64,000 nucleotides of DNA from assembly GCA_022841525.1 (NCBI GenBank), contig JALHRI010000001.1, positions 65,195 through 129,194 of the forward strand, given 5' to 3'. Numbering within the stretch: position 1 is the stretch's first letter; each line of letters opens with the position of its first letter. The stretch comes from Alphaproteobacteria bacterium. Lineage in GTDB: Bacteria; Pseudomonadota; Alphaproteobacteria; Rickettsiales; UBA3002. The notes beneath the pieces were generated by a model. It made no database searches and had not been told where the DNA came from. It was given only the letters and a program-made list of their open reading frames with translations. A program made the translations under genes and the position numbers. Below are positions 1 to 10,287 of the stretch, one piece after another.

Positions 1-729
1 GGTGTACGCGGTAGCCGTGTGCAAGCGGTGGTATCTGAGCTTCAGGGCGAGAAAATTGACATCGTCGAGTGGGCGGAAGATCCGGCAACGTTTGTGGTCA
101 ACGCGCTCTCATCGGCTGAGGTGAGCAAGGTCGTGATCGATGAAGATGCAGGGCGGATTGAAGTCGTCGTGCCGGATGATCAGCTCTCGCTGGCGATTGG
201 CCGTCGTGGCCAGAACGTGCGCCTGGCTGCACAACTCACCGGCTGGCACATTGATATTCTGACCGAGGAAACCGAGTCAGAGCGCCGGACACAAGAGTTC
301 AACCGCTTATCTGGCATGTTTGTCGATGCCCTTAACGTTGAAGAAGTGATCGCGCATTTGCTGGTCACCGAGGGTTACAGCACGGTGGAAGAAGTCGCGT
401 ACGTGCCGATTGAAGATCTGGCGCAGATTGAGGGCTTCGATGAAGCCGTCGCCGAAGAGCTCAGCCGCCGCGCGAATGAGTATATCGAGCAGAAAGAGCA
501 GGATCTTAAAGACAAGCTCAGCGCTGCCGGAGCCGAAGAGGCATGGGTAAGTTTTGAAGGTATTTCGCTCGAGCAAAAAGTAAGCTTGCTCGCGCATGAT
601 ATCAAATCGCGCGATGATTTCGCCGGTCTGTCGACCGATGATTTCTACGACATGCTGCCAAAACCTGGCATCGCGCGTGAAGAAGTTGAGGCCATGATTA
701 TGGCGCTGCGCAGCGAGCTTTGGGCGTAG
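1..729 (+). CDS. nusA: Transcription termination/antitermination factor NusA, C-terminal portion (5' end upstream of window)
   Basis: Frame open from the window edge to TAG 727-729. KH-domain signature [21 protein letters not shown] plus an acidic C-terminal repeat region. Lies upstream of ylxR-infB-rbfA-truB as in the conserved operon. Confidence 0.9.
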   Translation, partial: GVRGSRVQAVVSELQGEKIDIVEWAEDPATFVVNALSSAEVSKVVIDEDAGRIEVVVPDDQLSLAIGRRGQNVRLAAQLTGWHIDILTEETESERRTQEFNRLSGMFVDALNVEEVIAHLLVTEGYSTVEEVAYVPIEDLAQIEGFDEAVAEELSRRANEYIEQKEQDLKDKLSAAGAEEAWVSFEGISLEQKVSLLAHDIKSRDDFAGLSTDDFYDMLPKPGIAREEVEAMIMALRSELWA

Positions 730-730
730 T

Positions 731-805
731 GTCACTGTGTCACTCTGAGTAAAGCGAAGAGTCTCATTTTCGTTGATGAGATCCTTCGCTTGCGCTCAGG
801 ATGAC
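731..805. repeat. Palindromic intergenic element, sub-family A (gtcactctgag..gcgaagagtct / ..cttcgc..ctcaggatgac)
   Basis: Inverted arms capped by GTCAC / ATGAC. Close copies at 24385-24461 and 29854-29921. Lies between the nusA stop and the ylxR start. Confidence 0.85.
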
Positions 806-825
806 TATTCAATGAGGATCCCTCC

Positions 826-1419
826 GTGCCCAAACAGTCTCCACTGCGAACATGCTTAATCACGAGAGAGGAACGTGATAAATCCGCGCTAATGCGCTTT
901 GTTGTCGCCCCGGATGGTGCGCTGGTGCACGATATTACCGGCAAGCTGCCCGGGCGCGGCATGTATCTGGCGCTGGATAAAAACCTGCTGATCGAGGCAA
1001 TCGAGCGCAAGGCCTTCTCGCGGGCTTCGGGACGGGCTGTGTACGTGTCACAAGGCTTTGAAGCCCTTGTCGAATCGCAACTGGAAGAGCGTGTGCTGCA
1101 AGCGCTATCGCTGGCGCGCAAGGCTGGGCAGGCCATTTGCGGATTTGATAAATGTCTGGAAGCGACCCGCGCCGAAGATGTGCTGTGCATGCTGCACGCG
1201 CGGGATGCAGCAAGCGATGGGCTGCGCAAGCTAAGCCCTATGAAAAGTGATGGAAATCCCTGCTTTTCTTCGACGCTTTATTTCACGCGCGAGGCGCTCT
1301 CACGCGTGATGGGTGCAGAAAATGTGGTGCATGTCGCGGTGCTTGAGGGGCAGGCAGGGCAATTTTTTCTAACTCAACTGCGCCGTTTCGCTTTATTTAT
1401 TGAAAAAACCCCTCTATAA
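826..1419 (+). CDS. YlxR/DUF448-family RNA-binding protein with C-terminal L7Ae-like region
   Basis: GTG start preceded by gagga. N-terminal PLRTCLITREERDKSALMRFV motif typical of YlxR. Conserved position between nusA and infB. Confidence 0.8.
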   Translation: MPKQSPLRTCLITREERDKSALMRFVVAPDGALVHDITGKLPGRGMYLALDKNLLIEAIERKAFSRASGRAVYVSQGFEALVESQLEERVLQALSLARKAGQAICGFDKCLEATRAEDVLCMLHARDAASDGLRKLSPMKSDGNPCFSSTLYFTREALSRVMGAENVVHVAVLEGQAGQFFLTQLRRFALFIEKTPL

Positions 1420-1470
1420 GTCCGCCACTTTTAACGACTCACTGATGAAATGGTTTGATTGACGCTGATT

Positions 1471-4095
1471 ATGTCCGATACTGATAGCAATAAAAAAGAT
1501 GCATTAAAACTCAGCTCGCCGGGCACGCTGTCGCTGACGAAAACCGTGGAATCCGGCCAGGTGCGCCAGAACTTCCAGCGTGGCCGCTCGAAAACGGTGA
1601 CGGTGGAAGTCAAGAAAACCCGCACCTTTGCCCGCTCGCAAAGCGGTATGGTGGAAGTGCAGCGTGAAGCATCGGAAGCAACGAAGCAGCGCATCTTATC
1701 GCAAGCCGAGCGTGAAGCGCGCTTAAAAGCGCTGCAGCAGGTCGAGCGTAACGATGAAGCGTTGAGCTATCAGGTGGTCAAGCCCACACTTTCCTTCAAA
1801 AAACGCCGCGACGACGAAGACGATGAGAGCGACATCGAAGAGGTGGTAGAAGAAGTCGTAACCGAAGCAGTTGAGCCGGTAGAAAGCACAGAGCCGGAAG
1901 AGAAAAAACCCGCACCGGTCGTAGAAAAGAAGGACGAGAAAAAACCCTACGTCTCGCCGTTTGAAGAACTGGCCGCGCGTAACCTCGCGCGCATGAAAGA
2001 TGCGCCGTCGAACCGTGCAGCGTCAACTGCACGTACAGGCACGGCAGCGGCTGCAGCGCCAAGTAATCCTGCATTCAAGCGTCCGGCAACGGGGCTTGCG
2101 CCGCGCCGCGACGTAGATGAATCCGCCGAAGCCAAACAGGCAAAAAAGGCCAAAACCGCAGGCGATGATGCACGTCGTACCGGTAAGCTCACCATCGCGC
2201 AGGCGCTGGGGATGGATGATGAAATCAAGGTGCGCTCGCTGTCTTCAGTGAAGCGTCAGCGCGCAAAAATTGCGAAGAAAACGGCGGGCACGCCATCGGC
2301 GCTGCAGGAAAAAATCATGCGCGATGTGGTGATTCCTGAAACCATCACCGTGCAGGAGCTGGCCAACCGTATGGCCGAGCGCGTGGTGGATGTAATTAAG
2401 GAACTGATGAAACTGGGCACCATCGCCACCCCGCATCAGGCGATTGATGCCGATACCGCCGAGCTGATTTGTGGAACATTCGGCCACAATTTCAAGCGCG
2501 TTGCCGAGTCGGACGTGGAAGATCAGCTGGTGCTGGAAGAAGATAACGACGACCATTTGCTGCCGCGCCCACCGGTGGTGACGATTATGGGTCACGTCGA
2601 TCACGGGAAAACCTCGCTGCTGGATGCGCTGCGCTCGACGAATGTGGTATCTGGCGAGGCAGGCGGTATTACCCAGCATATCGGCGCTTATCAGGTGAAG
2701 CTGCCTTCAGGTCAGCACGTCACGTTCCTTGATACGCCAGGTCACGAAGCCTTTACCGCCATGCGTGCGCGCGGCGCGAAAGTCACCGATATTGTGGTGC
2801 TGGTAGTGGCCGCCGATGACGGGATTATGCCGCAGACCCAGGAAGCCATCAGCCACGCCAAAGCGGCCGGTGTGCCGATTATTGTGGCGGTCAATAAAAT
2901 TGATAAGCCTTCTGCCGATCCGCAAAAAGTGAAGGCAGCACTGATGAATTATGAACTCGTGCCGGAAGAATTCGGCGGCGATGTGATGACGGTGGATGTC
3001 TCGGCTCTGCAGCGCTTGAACCTCGATAAATTGCTGGAAGCCATTTTGCTGCAAGCCGAAGTGATGGAGCTGAAAGCCAATCCGGATCGTAAAGCATCCG
3101 GTTCGGTGGTCGAAGCCAAGGTCGATAAAGGTCGCGGTACGGTGGCAACCGTGCTCGTGCAACGTGGCACGCTTAAAACCGGCGATATCGTGGTTGCCGG
3201 TAGTGCATACGGCCGCGTGCGTGCGCTGGTAAATGATAGCAGCGAGCAGATAGCAGAAGCCGGCCCCAGCGTGCCGGTCGAGATTTTGGGACTGGATCAG
3301 CCCCCCGAAGCGGGAGATGAATTTGCGGTCGTCGAAAGTGAAAAAGCCGCGCGCGAAATTACCGAATACCGTAAAGGCAAAGAGAAAAAACGTGTGGCGC
3401 TGGCGTCCGCCAAATCAGTGGATCAGCTGTTTGCTGCTGCCGGTTCCGGTGCGGTGAAGGAATTCAACGTGATCGTGAAATCTGACGTTCACGGCTCCAC
3501 CGAGGCGATTGTTGGCTCACTAGCGCGCTTTGACGGCGATGAGGTGAAAGTACGCGTGATCCATTCTGGCGTCGGCGCGATCAATGAGTCTGACGTGACG
3601 CTGGCATCCGCCACCGGCGCGATGCTGATTGGCTTTAACGTCCGCGCGATGCCCAAAGCGAAAGACTTAGCCACCGCCCAAAAGCTCGACATCCGCTATT
3701 ACTCGATCATCTACCAACTGATTGACGATGTGAAAGCCGCACTTTCCGGAATGCTATCGCCTGATCTGCATGAAGAATTTATCGGCTACGCAGAGATTCG
3801 CGATGTGTTCAACATCACCAAAGCGGGCAAAGTGGCGGGCTGCATGATCACCGATGGGGTGGTCAAGCGCGGCGCGAAAGTGCGCCTGCTGCGCGACAAT
3901 GTGGTGATTCATGAAGGTACGCTCAAAACCCTCAAACGCTTTAAGGATGAGGTGAAGGAAGTGAAATCCGGCTTCGAATGCGGGATGGCCTTTGAGAATT
4001 ATGAAGACATCCGCAGCGGAGATATGATTGAGTGCTTTGAAATCAAATCGGTAGCGCGCACGGTTCAAGCCAAAGCTGCCGAGGTGAATGCCTAA
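1471..4095 (+). CDS. infB: Translation initiation factor IF-2
   Basis: GTPase motifs [24 protein letters not shown]. Charged low-complexity N-terminus. ATG at 1471 preferred over the TTG at 1459 that opens the ORF track. Confidence 0.95.
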   Translation: MSDTDSNKKDALKLSSPGTLSLTKTVESGQVRQNFQRGRSKTVTVEVKKTRTFARSQSGMVEVQREASEATKQRILSQAEREARLKALQQVERNDEALSYQVVKPTLSFKKRRDDEDDESDIEEVVEEVVTEAVEPVESTEPEEKKPAPVVEKKDEKKPYVSPFEELAARNLARMKDAPSNRAASTARTGTAAAAAPSNPAFKRPATGLAPRRDVDESAEAKQAKKAKTAGDDARRTGKLTIAQALGMDDEIKVRSLSSVKRQRAKIAKKTAGTPSALQEKIMRDVVIPETITVQELANRMAERVVDVIKELMKLGTIATPHQAIDADTAELICGTFGHNFKRVAESDVEDQLVLEEDNDDHLLPRPPVVTIMGHVDHGKTSLLDALRSTNVVSGEAGGITQHIGAYQVKLPSGQHVTFLDTPGHEAFTAMRARGAKVTDIVVLVVAADDGIMPQTQEAISHAKAAGVPIIVAVNKIDKPSADPQKVKAALMNYELVPEEFGGDVMTVDVSALQRLNLDKLLEAILLQAEVMELKANPDRKASGSVVEAKVDKGRGTVATVLVQRGTLKTGDIVVAGSAYGRVRALVNDSSEQIAEAGPSVPVEILGLDQPPEAGDEFAVVESEKAAREITEYRKGKEKKRVALASAKSVDQLFAAAGSGAVKEFNVIVKSDVHGSTEAIVGSLARFDGDEVKVRVIHSGVGAINESDVTLASATGAMLIGFNVRAMPKAKDLATAQKLDIRYYSIIYQLIDDVKAALSGMLSPDLHEEFIGYAEIRDVFNITKAGKVAGCMITDGVVKRGAKVRLLRDNVVIHEGTLKTLKRFKDEVKEVKSGFECGMAFENYEDIRSGDMIECFEIKSVARTVQAKAAEVNA

Positions 4096-4116
4096 TTCAT
4101 CCCCCGCCCAAGGAAG

Positions 4117-4503
4117 GTGCCCGTGGAACATACAGCCCATATGCCCTCTCAGCGTCAGCTTCGCGTTGGCGAGGCGGTGCGCGGCGCACTGGCGATGATT
4201 TTTGCGCACCGGGAAACGCACGTCCCCGTACTCGATAGCGCGTCGATTACGGTCTCAGAAGTGCGCATTAGTCCCGATCTGAAAAACGCTACCGTATTCG
4301 TGATGCCGCTTGCCGGCTCCGGCAAAGAAGAGGTGATGGCCGCGCTGAAAGAATATGCCGGTCACATTCGCCGCTTGATGAATGAGAAAATCGTGCTGCG
4401 CTATTCGCCGAAACTTTACTTCAAGCTCGATACCAGTTTTGAAACGGCCAGCCGCATCAACACGCTGCTCAATAGTGAAAAGGTCAAGCCAGATCTTGGG
4501 TAG
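4117..4503 (+). CDS. rbfA: Ribosome-binding factor A
   Basis: SQRQLRVGEAVRGAL N-terminal signature and position after infB. True start ambiguous: GTG 4117 or 4123 (after aaggaagg), or ATG 4141. Confidence 0.9.
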   Translation: MPVEHTAHMPSQRQLRVGEAVRGALAMIFAHRETHVPVLDSASITVSEVRISPDLKNATVFVMPLAGSGKEEVMAALKEYAGHIRRLMNEKIVLRYSPKLYFKLDTSFETASRINTLLNSEKVKPDLG

Positions 4504-4511
4504 CGATATTC

Positions 4512-4570
4512 GTCACTGCCTGAATTTTGCTTAGCAAAATTCTAGGGCAGTCCGCACGGATACAAATGAC
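4512..4570. repeat. Palindromic intergenic element, sub-family E (gtcactgcctgaattttgcttagcaaaattctagggcagtcc...aatgac)
   Basis: Internal hairpin. An inverted near-copy lies at 16130-16169, with diverged relatives at 16177-16212 and 30741-30781. Confidence 0.8.
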
Positions 4571-4615
4571 AATAGGTGTGATCTTCACTGGAACAAGTAT
4601 AACGAGAAAACCCGC

Positions 4616-5521
4616 ATGCCCCCATCTGCCACCTCGCTGCACGGTATTGTGGTGATTGATAAGCCGCTTGGCCTGACCTCGTTTGATGTGGTCAGCCGTG
4701 CGCGCCGCATTTTGGGGTTGAAAAAAATTGGCCACGCTGGAACGCTTGATCCGCTCGCCACGGGGGTGTTGCCGCTCGCGCTGGGAGAGGGCACGAAGTG
4801 CCTGCATCTGCTGACGGATGCTTCAAAAACGTACCGCTTTCGTATTCGCTTCGGCGAGGCACGCAGTACCGAGGATGCAGAAGGGGAAGTTACCCACACT
4901 TCAGATAAACGGCCATCCAGTTCGGATATTCTTACTATACTAACTGATTTTACTGGAAAAATTACACAAGTTCCCCCTAAATATAGTGCGATAAAGCTTG
5001 GGGGTAAGCGTGCCTATGATCTGGCCAGATCGGGTCAGGAAGTGCGTATGCCGCCCCGTCAGGTAACGGTGCATTCCCTGGTGTTGGTGCGCCAGCTAAA
5101 CGTGGATGAGGCAGAGTTTCTGACCACGGTGAGCAAGGGAACCTATATACGCTCGCTGGCGCGTGACATGGCGCTAAAGCTGGGCACGTGCGGCTATGTA
5201 AGCTTTCTCAGGCGCGAGGCGGTGGGTACGTTTGAGGCGTCCGGTGCGATTTCGCTGGATTTTTTAGAAGAACAGGTGCATAAGGGCGCCGGCTTTGGGG
5301 CTCGCCCCTGGCTCTTTCCGCTTATTTCCCTGCTGGACGGTATCCCGGCTTGCGAGATTGCAGAAAGCGATCTCACTCGGATTCGGTGTGGTCAGGCCTT
5401 GCAGATCGCGGATGCTCCCTGCGGAGCGGTGGCGATCACCTGCAAGGGATCGCTGGTGGCTTTCGGGCAATCAGACGGTATCTGGCTTAAACCCTCCCGT
5501 GTGCTGAATGTTGAACCTTAG
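4616..5521 (+). CDS. truB: tRNA pseudouridine(55) synthase TruB
   Basis: GHAGTLDPLATGVL catalytic-Asp motif. Conserved position after rbfA. Confidence 0.93.
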   Translation: MPPSATSLHGIVVIDKPLGLTSFDVVSRARRILGLKKIGHAGTLDPLATGVLPLALGEGTKCLHLLTDASKTYRFRIRFGEARSTEDAEGEVTHTSDKRPSSSDILTILTDFTGKITQVPPKYSAIKLGGKRAYDLARSGQEVRMPPRQVTVHSLVLVRQLNVDEAEFLTTVSKGTYIRSLARDMALKLGTCGYVSFLRREAVGTFEASGAISLDFLEEQVHKGAGFGARPWLFPLISLLDGIPACEIAESDLTRIRCGQALQIADAPCGAVAITCKGSLVAFGQSDGIWLKPSRVLNVEP

Positions 5522-5544
5522 ATACCGATAGATAAGGAACTACC

Positions 5545-5814
5545 ATGACCATTACGGCTGAACGTAAAACTGAAATTGTGAAACAATACGCTACCGCGAA
5601 AGATGACACCGGCTCGCCGGAAGTGCAGATTGCACTGCTTACCGAGCGCATTAACGGTCTGACCGATCATTTCAAAACCCATAAGAAAGATCACCACTCG
5701 CGTCGTGGTCTGTTGATTATGGTGGGTCGCCGCCGCAGCTTGCTCGATTATTTGAAAGCCAAAGACTCGAAGCGCTACAGCGATCTGATCGGCAAGTTAG
5801 GCATTCGTAAATAA
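5545..5814 (+). CDS. rpsO: 30S ribosomal protein S15
   Basis: 89 aa; typical S15 sequence ([26 protein letters not shown]). Confidence 0.95.
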   Translation: MTITAERKTEIVKQYATAKDDTGSPEVQIALLTERINGLTDHFKTHKKDHHSRRGLLIMVGRRRSLLDYLKAKDSKRYSDLIGKLGIRK

Positions 5815-5821
5815 ATATTTC

Positions 5822-5852
5822 AAAGCGGCTGCATGGTGTAGCCGCTTTTTTT
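5822..5852 (+). terminator. Rho-independent terminator after rpsO
   Basis: Stem agcggct / agccgct (5824-5830 / 5840-5846) followed by a T7 run. Confidence 0.75.
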
Positions 5853-5856
5853 GTAC

Positions 5857-5928
5857 CAGGCAGATTGTGGTGATTGCGCCCTGCCTACAGGTGCTTTGTT
5901 CATGGCGCAATCACAGGCTCCTTGCCTG
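5857..5928 (+). promoter_or_regulatory. Long stem-loop in the pnp 5' leader
   Basis: Perfect 11-bp arms gtgattgcgcc / ggcgcaatcac (5870-5880 / 5904-5914), extended by caggca / tgcctg. Located between the rpsO terminator and the pnp ATG. Confidence 0.5.
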
Positions 5929-5983
5929 ATGCGGTGTAGAGAGAGAATCACAGCGGTCATGTGGGGGAAAGAGGAAAAAGACT

Positions 5984-8149
5984 ATGTTTGAGATTACACG
6001 TAAATCGATGGAGTGGGGTGGTCGCACCCTGACACTGGAAACCGGCCGCATGGCGCGCCAAGCAACGGGCTCGGTTCTCGTTACTTACGGTGAAACTGTG
6101 GTGCTTTGCACCGTGGTGGCTGCTAAAAACCCCAAGCCGGATATTGATTTCTTCCCGCTCACGGTTCATTACGTTGAAAAAACCTACGCTACGGGCAAAA
6201 TTCCCGGTGGCTTCTTCAAGCGCGAAGGCCGCCCTTCAGAGAAAGAAACCCTGGTATCGCGTTTGATCGACCGCCCGATTCGCCCGCTCTTTCCAGCAGG
6301 CTTTTACAATGAAACACAGGTGGTCTGCACCGTGGTTTCCCACGACATTGAAAACGATGCCGATATTCCCGCGATGATCGGCGCTTCGGCAGCACTGGCG
6401 ATTTCCGGTGTGCCGTTTATGGGCCCCGTGGGTGCAGCAAAAATCGGCCAGATTGATGGCCAGTTTGTGCTGAATCCCACCAAGACGCAAATTGCTGAGA
6501 GCGAACTTGATTTGATTGTGGCGGGTACGGCTACCTCGGTATTGATGGTGGAGTCTGAGGCGAAAGAACTCTCAGAAGAGCGTATGTTAGACGCGGTGAT
6601 TTTTGCGCAGAAAAGTTTCGCACCGGTGATCCAGCTGATCATTCAGTTTGCAGAGAGCTCCGCAAAAGAGCCGTGGGATTTTACCCCCGCTTCCTATCCG
6701 GAAGAACTGCTCGCCGGTATCCGCGCGATGGCAGAGGCTGGCCTGCGTGATGCGTACAGCAAAACCGTGAAGCAAGAGCGCGTCAGCGCGATTGATGCGA
6801 TTAAAAGCGTCGTGAAAAAGCAGTATGTGGAAGAAGAAGGCCAGAACGAAAAAGTAGTTGGCTCGATTCTCAAACAACTCGAGCAGGACATTGTGCGCAC
6901 CGCGATTGTGAAAGAGCACAAGCGTATCGACGGGCGCGGCCTGGCCGATATTCGCCAGATCGTCTGCGAAACCAGCGTGCTGCCACGCACGCACGGTTCG
7001 GCGCTGTTTACGCGCGGCGAAACGCAGGCGCTGGTCACCACCACGCTTGGCACCTCGCAGGATGAGCAAATGATCGACGCGATCGACGGCACCTACGATG
7101 AGCGTTTCATGCTGCATTACAACTTCCCGCCATACTCGGTGGGTGAGGCGACCCCGATGCGTCCGCCCGGACGCCGCGAAGTCGGCCACGGCAAACTGGC
7201 ATGGCGCGCGCTTCGCCCGATGTTGCCGAGCAAAGATGCGTTCCCCTACACGCTACGCATTGTGTCGGAGATTACCGAATCGAACGGTTCTTCGTCGATG
7301 GCAACGGTGTGCGGTTCTTCGCTCGCGCTGATGGATGCGGGTGTGCCGCTGGTGCGTCCGGTTGCAGGTATCGCCATGGGGCTGATTTTAGAGGGCAAAG
7401 ATTTTGCCGTTCTCTCCGACATTCTGGGCGATGAAGATCACCTCGGCGATATGGATTTCAAAGTCGCGGGTACCGAAAAAGGCGTGACCTCTCTGCAGAT
7501 GGATATCAAGATCAATGGTATCACGGAAGAGATCATGCGTGTCGCGCTTACGCAAGCCAAGCAAGGGCGTACGCATATTTTAGGTGAAATGGCCAAGGCT
7601 CTCACCGCGCCACGCACCGAGCTTGCGATGCATGCGCCGCGCATTACCTCACTGCAGATTGATAAAGAGAAAATCCGCGAAGTGATTGGTAGCGGCGGCA
7701 AAGTGATTCGCGAGATTACCGAGTCCACCGGCACCAAAATCGACATCGAGGAAGATGGCACTATCCGCATTTTCGCCACCACCGGTGAGGCAGCGGAAGC
7801 AGCCAAAGCCTGGATCAGTGGGATTGTGGCGGTGGCTGAAATCGGCAAAATCTATGAAGGCAAAGTCGTGCGCATCGTTGATTTCGGCGCGTTCGTGAAC
7901 TTCATGCCAGGTCAGGATGGGCTGGTGCATATCAGCGAAATGGCCGATCACCGCGTGGCGCAGGTCACCGATGTGCTTGCTGAAGGCCAGGTGGTGAAAG
8001 TGAAAGTACTTGAAATTGATGGTCGCGGCAAAGTGCGCCTGTCGATGAAAGTCGTGGATCAAGCCACCGGCGAAGATTTATCCGACCAGTACGAAATGGC
8101 CGGCAAATCGATGCGTCGCAAGCGCAGCGGCGAAGCCGCTGAAGCGTAG
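5984..8149 (+). CDS. pnp: Polyribonucleotide nucleotidyltransferase (PNPase)
   Basis: 721 aa with two RNase PH-like halves, then KH ([15 protein letters not shown]) and S1 ([15 protein letters not shown]) domains. Confidence 0.96.
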   Translation: MFEITRKSMEWGGRTLTLETGRMARQATGSVLVTYGETVVLCTVVAAKNPKPDIDFFPLTVHYVEKTYATGKIPGGFFKREGRPSEKETLVSRLIDRPIRPLFPAGFYNETQVVCTVVSHDIENDADIPAMIGASAALAISGVPFMGPVGAAKIGQIDGQFVLNPTKTQIAESELDLIVAGTATSVLMVESEAKELSEERMLDAVIFAQKSFAPVIQLIIQFAESSAKEPWDFTPASYPEELLAGIRAMAEAGLRDAYSKTVKQERVSAIDAIKSVVKKQYVEEEGQNEKVVGSILKQLEQDIVRTAIVKEHKRIDGRGLADIRQIVCETSVLPRTHGSALFTRGETQALVTTTLGTSQDEQMIDAIDGTYDERFMLHYNFPPYSVGEATPMRPPGRREVGHGKLAWRALRPMLPSKDAFPYTLRIVSEITESNGSSSMATVCGSSLALMDAGVPLVRPVAGIAMGLILEGKDFAVLSDILGDEDHLGDMDFKVAGTEKGVTSLQMDIKINGITEEIMRVALTQAKQGRTHILGEMAKALTAPRTELAMHAPRITSLQIDKEKIREVIGSGGKVIREITESTGTKIDIEEDGTIRIFATTGEAAEAAKAWISGIVAVAEIGKIYEGKVVRIVDFGAFVNFMPGQDGLVHISEMADHRVAQVTDVLAEGQVVKVKVLEIDGRGKVRLSMKVVDQATGEDLSDQYEMAGKSMRRKRSGEAAEA

Positions 8150-8175
8150 ATTTTTCTACGCCAAGGATTGAAGAA

Positions 8176-8208
8176 GGGCACGGCGAACACTCGCCGCGCC
8201 CTTTTTTT
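8176..8208 (+). terminator. Rho-independent terminator after pnp
   Basis: gggcacggcga / tcgccgcgccc stem followed by T7. Confidence 0.75.
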
Positions 8209-8270
8209 ATTATAAAAATAAAAAAATGATGCCGAAATCTAAGATGATTAAAAATGATTAAAAACAAACC

Positions 8271-8296
8271 AATAAAAAGGGCCTGCAAGCAGGCCC
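8271..8296 (-). terminator. Rho-independent terminator after the histone-like gene
   Basis: gggcctg / caggccc stem, followed on the minus strand by a T run. Confidence 0.6.
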
Positions 8297-8334
8297 TTAA
8301 AGTCAAAATTCTCGTTTTTTAAGTCGTCAGTAAA

Positions 8335-8655
8335 TTACATACCCATCAGAGAGATAGGCTTTACTACTTTCTTAGCAGCTGGCTTCTTAGCTACTTTTTT
8401 TTTAGCAGCAGGCTTTTTAGCAGCGGTTTTCTTCGCTACTTTTTTCGCCGGCGCTTTTTTAGCTACGGTCTTTTTAGCTACTTTTTTCTTAGCAGCTGGC
8501 TTCTTAGCTGCTTTTTTCTTAGCAGCTGGCTTCTTAGCGGACTTCACTACTTTTACGGCAGTGCTTTTTGCTACGGTTTTCTTTTTAGCAGTCTTTTTTG
8601 CTGCAGGTTTTTTTGCAGCGGTCTTCTTTTTTGCGATTGCCATCATGGCCTCCAT
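8335..8655 (-). CDS. Lys/Ala-rich histone H1-like / nucleoid-associated basic protein
   Basis: About 100 aa made almost entirely of AKKPAAKK / KKVAKK repeats. GGAGG (8653-8649) favours the ATG at 8643 or 8646. Flanked by very AT-rich DNA. Confidence 0.7.
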   Translation of the reverse strand: MEAMMAIAKKKTAAKKPAAKKTAKKKTVAKSTAVKVVKSAKKPAAKKKAAKKPAAKKKVAKKTVAKKAPAKKVAKKTAAKKPAAKKKVAKKPAAKKVVKPISLMGM

Positions 8656-8832
8656 CAAAAGGTTAACAACAACTGCAACTAATCACATTTTTATTAGTCA
8701 TTACTATCAGTGATGCACAATCATGAAAGTTAAGGCATCATTTTTTTTTCATCATGACTTGTTTGTTGCGCGCGCAACACAGTGATGTGCTGCAGTGCAT
8801 GGCAACACGCGCGATGATTCTATCGACCGCAA

Positions 8833-10218
8833 TTATTTTTTGCGCAGTAATTCCGCGATCAAAAATGCAAGCTCCAGCGACTGCGATGCATTCAGACGCG
8901 GATCGCAGTGCGTGTGATAACGGTTGGATAAATCCAGATCGGAAATGGCCTGTGCGCCGCCCAAACACTCGGTGACGTCTTGCCCCGTCATTTCAAAATG
9001 CACGCCGCCACCGACCGTGCCTTCGGCGTGATGGATGGCAAAAAACTTTCGCACCTCCGACAAGATGTCGGTGAACTTGCGCGTTTTATATCCGGTCGGC
9101 GATTTGATGGTGTTGCCATGCATCGGATCGCACGACCAGACGATCTGGCGGCCTTCTTCTTTCAGCGTGCGAACCAACGCGGGAAGATGCTGCTCGATTT
9201 TAGTCGCGCCCATGCGCGCAATGAAGGTGAGGCGCCCCGCTTCGTTTTTCGGATTCAGGACATCGCACAGCTTAAGCAGATCATCGCGCGTCATGGAGGG
9301 GCCAACTTTGCAACCAATCGGATTGGAAACGCCGCGCAGAAATTCTACATGCGCATCGTCCGGATTGCGGGTGCGATCACCAATCCACAGCATGTGCGCG
9401 GAGCCGACAAAATGCTCGCCTGAATCTTTATCGATGCGGGTGAGGGCGGCTTCGTAGTTTAGAAGCAGCGCCTCGTGCGAGGTGTAAAACCGCGCCTCGG
9501 AAAGCTCGCCCATCGTGTCGAGATTAAGGCCGGTGGCGGTGATGAAATCGAGGCAGTCATTAATGCGGTCAACAATCTGCGCGAAATGTTTTCCCTGCGG
9601 CGAGCCTTTGACGAAATCGGCATTCCATTTCGAGACGCGACTGAGTGCTGCGTAACCCGAACGCGCCAGCGAGCGCAGAAAGTTGAGCGTGGCGGCAGAT
9701 TGATAGTAAGCCTGCATCAAGCGCTCAGGGTTTGGTGCGCGCGCAGTTTCATCAAACTCGACACCGTTAATCATATCGCCGCGGTAACTTGGTAGCGACA
9801 CATCGCCCTTCTTCTCCATATCGTCGGAACGTGGTTTGGAAAATTGTCCGGCAATGCGGCCAACTTTGATCACGGGCGATCCCGCGCCATACATCAGCGC
9901 GATGGTCATTTGAATCAGCGCGCGGAAAAAATGGCGTAGATTGGTTTCGTTAAACTCGGCGAAGCTCTCGGCGCAGTCGCCGCCTTGCAATAAAAACGCA
10001 TGGCCGGAAACGGCGCTGGCCAGTTCACGCTTCAGCTGACGAATTTCTTCTGCCGATACCAGAGGCGGTACACCTGTGAGTCTCTGCTCAACATCTGTCA
10101 GCGCGTTCGCATCCGGATAGCTTGGCTGCTGTTTAATGGGGTGCGCGCGCCAGCTTTGCGGATTCCAGCCAGAAGCCGCGTGTGTATTGGTAGAAGATGT
10201 TTTTTTCGCCTGTGTCAT
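8833..10218 (-). CDS. Class II 3-deoxy-7-phosphoheptulonate (DAHP) synthase
   Basis: 461 aa. N-terminal W.P.SWR..P..QQP.YPD and AFLLQGGDCAESF motifs are typical of class II DAHP synthases. Confidence 0.9.
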   Translation of the reverse strand: MTQAKKTSSTNTHAASGWNPQSWRAHPIKQQPSYPDANALTDVEQRLTGVPPLVSAEEIRQLKRELASAVSGHAFLLQGGDCAESFAEFNETNLRHFFRALIQMTIALMYGAGSPVIKVGRIAGQFSKPRSDDMEKKGDVSLPSYRGDMINGVEFDETARAPNPERLMQAYYQSAATLNFLRSLARSGYAALSRVSKWNADFVKGSPQGKHFAQIVDRINDCLDFITATGLNLDTMGELSEARFYTSHEALLLNYEAALTRIDKDSGEHFVGSAHMLWIGDRTRNPDDAHVEFLRGVSNPIGCKVGPSMTRDDLLKLCDVLNPKNEAGRLTFIARMGATKIEQHLPALVRTLKEEGRQIVWSCDPMHGNTIKSPTGYKTRKFTDILSEVRKFFAIHHAEGTVGGGVHFEMTGQDVTECLGGAQAISDLDLSNRYHTHCDPRLNASQSLELAFLIAELLRKK

Positions 10219-10287
10219 ATCGTCCTTGCGTGGGCTTAGCAGATTGCGTAAGCAAACCGGCAGTATATGTAGGGAGCAAGCGCGAAG

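Noticed and set aside
8738-8975. Small ORFs (73-76 aa) in the AT-rich spacer and 3' end of the DAHP synthase gene
   Set aside because: They overlap the well-supported DAHP synthase frame or its promoter-distal spacer. They have no RBS and no recognisable product.
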